Position numbers and translations under genes: made by a program
Notes under the pieces: generated by a model
Database searches by the model: none
What the model was told of the DNA's origin: nothing
Seen by the model: the letters and a program-made list of their open reading frames with translations, nothing else
Source of the DNA: Coniocarpon cinnabarinum
Lineage: Eukaryota
DNA: 64,000 bases
Direction: 5' to 3'
Assembly (NCBI GenBank): GCA_051942205.1
Contig: JAVECO010000132.1
Span: 1-64,000 of the forward strand
Shown: one piece after another, positions 57,874 to 64,000 of the stretch
How the letters are laid out: each line of letters begins with the position of its first letter
Position numbering within the stretch: position 1 is the stretch's first letter

Positions 57874-60800
57874 ATGTCCGTTCTTGCAGCTCAGGCGCGG
57901 CCCGCGCTGCAGGCGATGCAACACCCACACGACTTTCGCCTCAATTCCGCACATTTTCATGAGCACGGGCAGGGGTCAAGGAAGCGAACGACATTTCGAC
58001 AACATGTACAGAATGCACGAAACCTACACACTATCTCCCAGACAGTTGCTCTGCCTCTGGATTCCAGCTGCTCGACCGGATCAACTTTCAATGCTGGCCC
58101 GCCAAATGATTCTACGGCTCGACCCGAAGACTTACTAAGACGAAAGACTCCCGGTGGCATCCTCAGTGGCGCATACGATGGGAGCTTTGCTACCTCTAAA
58201 GAAGCGAGGGGACATGCCTCAAAGCATGTACTTGTATCAAGGCCACGGCCTCCACCTCGCGATGCTTGCGATTATCGGACAATACCTGTCCCTGGTGCCC
58301 AAACACACGTCCCGTTCAATACAACAGGAACTGGCTTGAGCCCATGGATCGAGGACCAGGTTCAAGTCGACTCAATGGTTGGCCTGTCGCCCGAGCCGTA
58401 TTGTGTCATGGACTGGCAGTACACGAATCCAAACGGCCCGAGGGTAATGCAGCCACCCTATCAGACGATCCTTGGTCCTACCGCGTCAAACGAACATAGT
58501 CCTCACGGTCCATATTGGCCCAATGGCGATTTTGCACCTTACAGACCGGCCGCGTTTGCAGATTCTACACAGCAACCAAATTTGCCTGGATGGCAGCCCA
58601 CGATCGCCTTTGCCAACCTCCATGTCTCGACACCTCCAGAAATTCAATCACCAGGCACCTCGCAAAATGAGTTCGCGGCTCCGCAAAGGGCCAGTGGCGG
58701 CTTTCATTTTAACAAAACTAACCTCCATTCGCCACGGAAATCTCGAGAAGCTCATCTTCCAGAGATACAAAATGCAAAACTTTCGTTCTCCGCGCGAACA
58801 CGGCTGCTTGCGCAAGAGTCAAGAGACGCCACACCCACAATATCACCTACACCATCAGCATGGTCTCAAACAAAAGGCAGCTTCGCTGGCACCATTCCAG
58901 ACACCGCACCTCCTTATGCACCTTCTCTTAAACCCTCGCCCACCTCAAATGAGATTCTCTCTTGGTCCTATGGTATTTATAATGATCTCGTGGGCGTGTT
59001 GCGAGATCGAGAATTCCACAATCGAGGACACTCGCTACCCAATGATGCTGGTCGTACCCCTCAACTGCGACACAAGAACTCACCATTCTTAGGTTCTTCT
59101 CCTTATCACCAATCTCCTTCTAACAACCTTAATACAGCCAACACATCAGCTCTGGATGCCAATCCCTGGTCAAGTCCGTGTGCATGGTCGCATCCTCGAG
59201 ATTTGAAGAGAGAGGCTTATGCTGCTGTGAACGCCCTCAACAGTCTCTGCTCCCAGGGTAACCGTGAGTGGATTGACGGAATGCTGCTCAATGGCTGTCT
59301 ATCGCAAGTGCTCGGAGAGCATCAGAACGCCGCTCGCTGGTGCTGCCGGATTCTACAGCTCGATCCAAACCATGCCGAAGCAGCTTCAAACCTGGCCGCT
59401 TCGTACATGGCCCTGAATCGTCGGGCTGAGGCAGAAGAGTGTTGGAGACTAGCCATCAACATCAAGCCAACGTACTTCGAAGCAATTGAGCATCTTGTTG
59501 GACTGCTGTGCTATGAGAAGCGTCACAAAGAGGCGATTCAGATCATCGATCATGTGCAAGCGATGCTTCGGTCAAAAGCCGCCTTTGAGCCTGAGCATCA
59601 GTTCTTCCAAGCCCTCCTGGGCTATCCACGATACGCCATTCCTGTGCGAGATAACGGGCGAATGATGGGCCTCATCCATTCCAAAGGAAACTTAATGTAT
59701 AACATGCAGGATCAGATCGGTGCTGCCAAAGCCTTCGAAGAGGTCGTTTTGATTGCAGTTGGCTATCCGAGCAACGGCATCGAATTCCTGATCAAGCATG
59801 TTCTCACGGCTTTAGCTAACTACAACCAGACCAAAGGACTGGTGGCCCACAAGCACGAGTCGATGCTGTTACTGCCCGAGAAAGCGGTCCAAACTGCAGC
59901 TCTGTGCTTTCCTAACCATGGCAGTCTCCCCGGTCTGGATTACCTGCAGCTCCCGGCGGCCAAACGGGCGGCCATCTCAGTCACTTCGAATTCACTGCTT
60001 TCACTTGCCAAAATCTTTCAGGACGGCATGAATCCGCATTCTGTCTCCGGATTTAAGAGCAGTTTCGGCATCCAAGAGATACTCGCATTGTATTACCTCT
60101 CGCTGTCGTTACAGCCAAGCCCATCTACCGCAAACAATGTTGGCATCCTCTTGGCAAGCATTCCGTCACCTGGTGGGCCGAAGCCACTCAAGGCGAATGA
60201 GTATTACATGTTTCCAGGCGTTGCACCTGACAGTGGTGTCGCGTTGGCCTTGCAATACTACAGATATGGCCTCAAGCTGGATCACAAGCATGCGCATCTG
60301 TACACAAACTTGGGCAGCTTGCTCAAAGACATTGGTCAGCTTCCCATGGCCATTCAAATGTACGAGAGGGCGGTGACCTGTGATGGGAATTTCGATATTG
60401 CGTTGGCCAACCTTGCGAACGCTGTGAAAGACCAAGGTCGCGTCGGCGATGCGATAGGGTTTTATCGTCGGGCAGTCCAGGTCAATCCCAAATTTGCGGA
60501 AGCTGTCTGTGGCCTCGCAAACGCACTGAACTCCATCTGTGAATGGCCAGGTAGGGGTGGAATGATGTTGAAGAATGGCAAATTCGATCGCTTCCATGTT
60601 GGAGAAACGGGAGAGCTTCGCGATGCCCTCAATGAAGCTTTGGCTGCGGATCGGCCTCTCGTGGGCTGGATCAACCGTGTGGTCGACATTGTTGAGAATC
60701 AACTTCTGGAGGGTCAAGAATGGGGACGTGGCGTCTTGTGTGATGATTACGTGGACGATCTAGCTGACAGACTGGGGGCGCTCGAAGTTCGTCGATCTCG

Positions 60801-62517
60801 TCTCTACGTCAAGAGGCGTGGATTGGACGCCATAGCGATCAGGAGGCTTGTGGAGTCGTGGCGTGGAAAGGAGTGGGAAGGCGCTCTGATCGTCTGGCTC
60901 ATTGAGCGTGCGATCAGGATGATCGGATGGCAGTGGTATCACGACAAGTACACAACTGGATGCGAGCAGCCCGACACAGCCTATCACCGACCGAGACTAC
61001 CAGATTCATTGTCGACGCTCAGCGCCCCGACGGTCCTTCCTTTCCATACATTCACGCTTCCGCTGTCTGCTAAACAGGTTCGACAAATATCTCAGCGCAA
61101 TGGTTTGCGAGTGTCTTGCTCGACACTCAGAACATCGTGGTTGCCACAGAGCGTGTATCCCCCCCCGGCGCCGCCAGCACCAACGCTCAAAATTGGCTAC
61201 GTCTCCTCGGACTTCAATAATCACCCTTTGGCGCATTTGATGCAGTCAGTCTTTGGCATGCACGATCGGTCGAGTTTCACAGCGTACTGCTATGCCACGT
61301 CGGCTTCAGACAACTCCGTACACCGCCAGCAGATTGAGCGAGAATCACCGCATTTCATTGATGCGTCCGCTTGGCCCGTGGAACGACTTGTCGCCCAAAT
61401 TGTCCGGGACGGTATTCACATTCTCATCAACTTGAACGGCTACACACGTGGTGCTCGCAATGAAATCTTCGCAGCCCGCCCTGCCCCTGTTCAGATGTCC
61501 TTCATGGGATACGCAGGGTCTCTAGGGGCTGAGTGGTGTGACTATCTGCTTGCAGATGAGACTGCTGTGCCCAGCTCGGCTCTACGGCCACATCGGAATA
61601 ATGTTGACCTCAATGACTTGACTGTATCGAATAACATTGGGGGTAGCGAAGATTGGGTTTATCCGGAAAACGTGGTGTACACTCGCCACGCCTTTTTCTG
61701 TTGTGACCATGCACAGTCTGCGACACAAGACCCTATGGCAGAGCGGAACCTTTCGTGGAGCGATGAGCTTACTCGGCGCTGGCAGATGCGGCAAGAGCTG
61801 TTCCCGGACCTGCCTGCTGACACCATCATCCTCGCCAATTTTAATCAGCTGTACAAGATCGACCCAACGACCTTTCGGACGTGGTTGCGGATCCTTGCCC
61901 GTGTACGCAAAGCCGTGCTTTGGCTGCTCCGCTTTCCCGCTGATGGGGCCTCAAATCTGCAACAAACAGCCAGAATCTGGGCAGGCGACGAAGTGGCGAG
62001 TCGAATCTGTTTCACAGACGTTGCTCCCAAGGGACAGCACATTGCTCGGGCATGCGTGGCCGATCTTTTCTTGGACACCGGCGAATGCAATGCTCATACA
62101 ACGGCGGCAGATTGTCTGTGGTCCGGTACACCGCTTTTGACTTTGCCACGTTATGAATGGAAAATGTGTTCACGAATGGCTGCCGGTATTGTTGCCGGTG
62201 CACTGAATCTGGATTCGGCCGAGGGGCGAAGAGCTCGCAACGACCTTATTGCTGAAGACGAAGACGACTACGAGAGAAAGGCGATTGCGCTGGCGGAAGG
62301 CGTGAAGCATGTGGATGGCAAGCCTGGCGACATACCACGTACGCAAGGTCGTCTGGTCGAGCTGCGACGGACGCTTTGGAAGGGCAGATGGACGAGCAAA
62401 CTTTTTGACACGCAACGATGGGTGCGGGACTTGGAGCTGGCGTACAAGGAAGTCTGGAGAAAATGGGTAGAAGGGGAAGGGGGCGACGTCTGGATTAAAG
62501 ACTTGGTAAAATCATGA
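57874..62517 (+). CDS. ogt: O-GlcNAc transferase (UDP-GlcNAc:peptide N-acetylglucosaminyltransferase, GT41)
   Basis: TPR repeats (HAHLYTNLGSLLKDIG, IALANLANAVKDQG). Catalytic halves IGYVSSDFNNHPLAHLM, NLNGYTRGARNEIFAARPAPVQ, NFNQLYKIDP and CNAHTTAAD.LW.GTP. First in-frame ATG is at 57874. Confidence 0.96.
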   Translation: MSVLAAQARPALQAMQHPHDFRLNSAHFHEHGQGSRKRTTFRQHVQNARNLHTISQTVALPLDSSCSTGSTFNAGPPNDSTARPEDLLRRKTPGGILSGAYDGSFATSKEARGHASKHVLVSRPRPPPRDACDYRTIPVPGAQTHVPFNTTGTGLSPWIEDQVQVDSMVGLSPEPYCVMDWQYTNPNGPRVMQPPYQTILGPTASNEHSPHGPYWPNGDFAPYRPAAFADSTQQPNLPGWQPTIAFANLHVSTPPEIQSPGTSQNEFAAPQRASGGFHFNKTNLHSPRKSREAHLPEIQNAKLSFSARTRLLAQESRDATPTISPTPSAWSQTKGSFAGTIPDTAPPYAPSLKPSPTSNEILSWSYGIYNDLVGVLRDREFHNRGHSLPNDAGRTPQLRHKNSPFLGSSPYHQSPSNNLNTANTSALDANPWSSPCAWSHPRDLKREAYAAVNALNSLCSQGNREWIDGMLLNGCLSQVLGEHQNAARWCCRILQLDPNHAEAASNLAASYMALNRRAEAEECWRLAINIKPTYFEAIEHLVGLLCYEKRHKEAIQIIDHVQAMLRSKAAFEPEHQFFQALLGYPRYAIPVRDNGRMMGLIHSKGNLMYNMQDQIGAAKAFEEVVLIAVGYPSNGIEFLIKHVLTALANYNQTKGLVAHKHESMLLLPEKAVQTAALCFPNHGSLPGLDYLQLPAAKRAAISVTSNSLLSLAKIFQDGMNPHSVSGFKSSFGIQEILALYYLSLSLQPSPSTANNVGILLASIPSPGGPKPLKANEYYMFPGVAPDSGVALALQYYRYGLKLDHKHAHLYTNLGSLLKDIGQLPMAIQMYERAVTCDGNFDIALANLANAVKDQGRVGDAIGFYRRAVQVNPKFAEAVCGLANALNSICEWPGRGGMMLKNGKFDRFHVGETGELRDALNEALAADRPLVGWINRVVDIVENQLLEGQEWGRGVLCDDYVDDLADRLGALEVRRSRLYVKRRGLDAIAIRRLVESWRGKEWEGALIVWLIERAIRMIGWQWYHDKYTTGCEQPDTAYHRPRLPDSLSTLSAPTVLPFHTFTLPLSAKQVRQISQRNGLRVSCSTLRTSWLPQSVYPPPAPPAPTLKIGYVSSDFNNHPLAHLMQSVFGMHDRSSFTAYCYATSASDNSVHRQQIERESPHFIDASAWPVERLVAQIVRDGIHILINLNGYTRGARNEIFAARPAPVQMSFMGYAGSLGAEWCDYLLADETAVPSSALRPHRNNVDLNDLTVSNNIGGSEDWVYPENVVYTRHAFFCCDHAQSATQDPMAERNLSWSDELTRRWQMRQELFPDLPADTIILANFNQLYKIDPTTFRTWLRILARVRKAVLWLLRFPADGASNLQQTARIWAGDEVASRICFTDVAPKGQHIARACVADLFLDTGECNAHTTAADCLWSGTPLLTLPRYEWKMCSRMAAGIVAGALNLDSAEGRRARNDLIAEDEDDYERKAIALAEGVKHVDGKPGDIPRTQGRLVELRRTLWKGRWTSKLFDTQRWVRDLELAYKEVWRKWVEGEGGDVWIKDLVKS

Positions 62518-63853
62518 CACGAGCATTATTGGTTGGTGGGGAAACTCAAAAAAAAGTCCGCTTGAAGCGAACGGTGATGATCTAACGACATGTATATTGG
62601 GTAACAGCCAGCAGTGGCGTTTTGCATACGGCGGGATTCAGTATCAGCATAGCGACGGATAATTAGAACGAGGCGTGAGTGGTGGTAGAGACTCCGCCTC
62701 CTTGGGTTGGCACTCAGTGGATATTGGCAGAATACCCTGAAAGAGGTGGAGAGAAAGGCGTCGACGGAGACGCGTCTCTTGTACGGCCTTTTGCAACGCA
62801 TTGCACATTTGGTGCATCATTCTTTGTCCATGATAGGGTAGCTCATTGTTGTATTGCGGTGCTGCCTTCCTCGATCACTGTAAACGAGTGGTCAGATTCT
62901 ATTTACCTTACTGTGACACTTTCGATCTAGCTTTGAACTCCTACCCTGGCGAGACTTCCGTCTTTCCCTGCAACACAGACGCTGAACATGATGCAGTACG
63001 CAGACTGACAAATTTTTGAGATTCTCCATCGAAGTCTCTATCCTGGCGTACGTGGCATCTCAAGCACAAGCTGTACACATGTTCTGCTCAGGAAGTCGCT
63101 AGCAGCCGGTCCCCAATGTGCTGTTTTGGGACCTTCCCAAACCACAGCCAAGAGCAAATGGATGTCCAATTACAAAGACACAGATCTCTTCCGGTTGTTC
63201 TTTTCTTGATTCCATGTTGATCACATACCTGCTGGCCACCTCTCTTTGACCCCTCCTCACTCGAAAGAATCGCTTCTCAATCAATATGCCCAAACAGGCA
63301 AGCTTGTAGATTAAGGTGATCAGGCCTCCCATTGGCCCCTCCAGATCTGCAGGGTGGCGACGCTTGCACCCAAAAGACGACGAATACGCGCCGGCCTCCA
63401 CAATGGCCTCGCCCGCCCCGACCTCTCACGTCCCTCGTCAGCGGCCATCACGCTCGTCCAAGCGCTGCCTTCCACCGTCCACTCGCAGCCAGGTCGCCGC
63501 TGTCTCTGTCCTGCGCTGCGCTGTGATGTGCTGCCACGCCGCACGGCGCTTCCCTTCTATCTCTTTCCTCCTCTTTTCACCCCGTCTTTGCCCTTCTTGA
63601 TTGAAAGCCAGCTCTTCTTGTGTTTCAGCTCTACCAGGCATTGACTTGCTTGTCGCTGAGAACACATCTTTGACGTGCTCGGCGCTGCATTTGGCCTTTC
63701 ACAGTGAATCTTGCTGGACTCGAGCGGGATAGCGACTATTTGCGCTTCGAGAGGCTGAATCCTGCGTCTGGCGACGATTTCACCTCGCGAGAGACCTCTG
63801 CTCTACATTGACGCCTTTCCGACATCCTCCAGCGAGCACACAGGACGCCCACC

Positions 63854-64000
63854 ATGCGCTCCATGCCCATCCACCTCTCTCGCCGCTGGCGCTCCATGAA
63901 CACCGTCTGGGCCCTCTTCGCTATAGAACTCGCCCTCACGATTCCCGCCCTTGCTCTCTTCGCCATTGCCCAACCCGACCTCTACCGCACTCGCCTCTGG
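63854..64000 (+). CDS. 5' part of a conserved fungal membrane protein (partial)
   Basis: CACCATG start. MRSMPIHLSRRWRSMNTVWALFAIELALTIPALALFAIAQPDLYRTRLW is open to the window end and contains a hydrophobic helix. Confidence 0.7.
   Translation, partial: MRSMPIHLSRRWRSMNTVWALFAIELALTIPALALFAIAQPDLYRTRLW

Overview
Gene-dense euchromatic segment of a filamentous ascomycete (Pezizomycotina-like) genome, with short spliceosomal introns carrying GTRAGT/CTRAY/YAG signals. I saw no rRNA, tRNA, CRISPR array or intact transposon. About 23 protein genes are supported. Recognisable housekeeping genes: TMEM184/OST-alpha, a 2OG-Fe(II) dioxygenase, a GST, vps17, a GtaA-like glutaminase, cwc24, apsA/num1, a DUF2439 (Mte1/ZGRF1-like) gene, a class-III aminotransferase, vms1, a FucP-like MFS transporter, tho1, a septin-like P-loop protein and O-GlcNAc transferase. 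There are also several secreted or orphan genes. Highlights from manual reading that the ORF track misses: (1) a very large multi-exon cell-surface protein running off the left edge, with a Pro/Gln heptad stalk and six copies of an unrecognised ~55-60 aa repeat; (2) two hidden upstream exons that turn the GtaA-like signal peptide into a type II membrane anchor; (3) a small Cys/His gene followed by an intron 1 nt after its stop codon and then a 3 x ~111-bp array of repeated micro-ORFs; (4) an apparent non-canonical GG-AG intron in the septin-like gene. Family assignments come from remembered motifs, not database searches.
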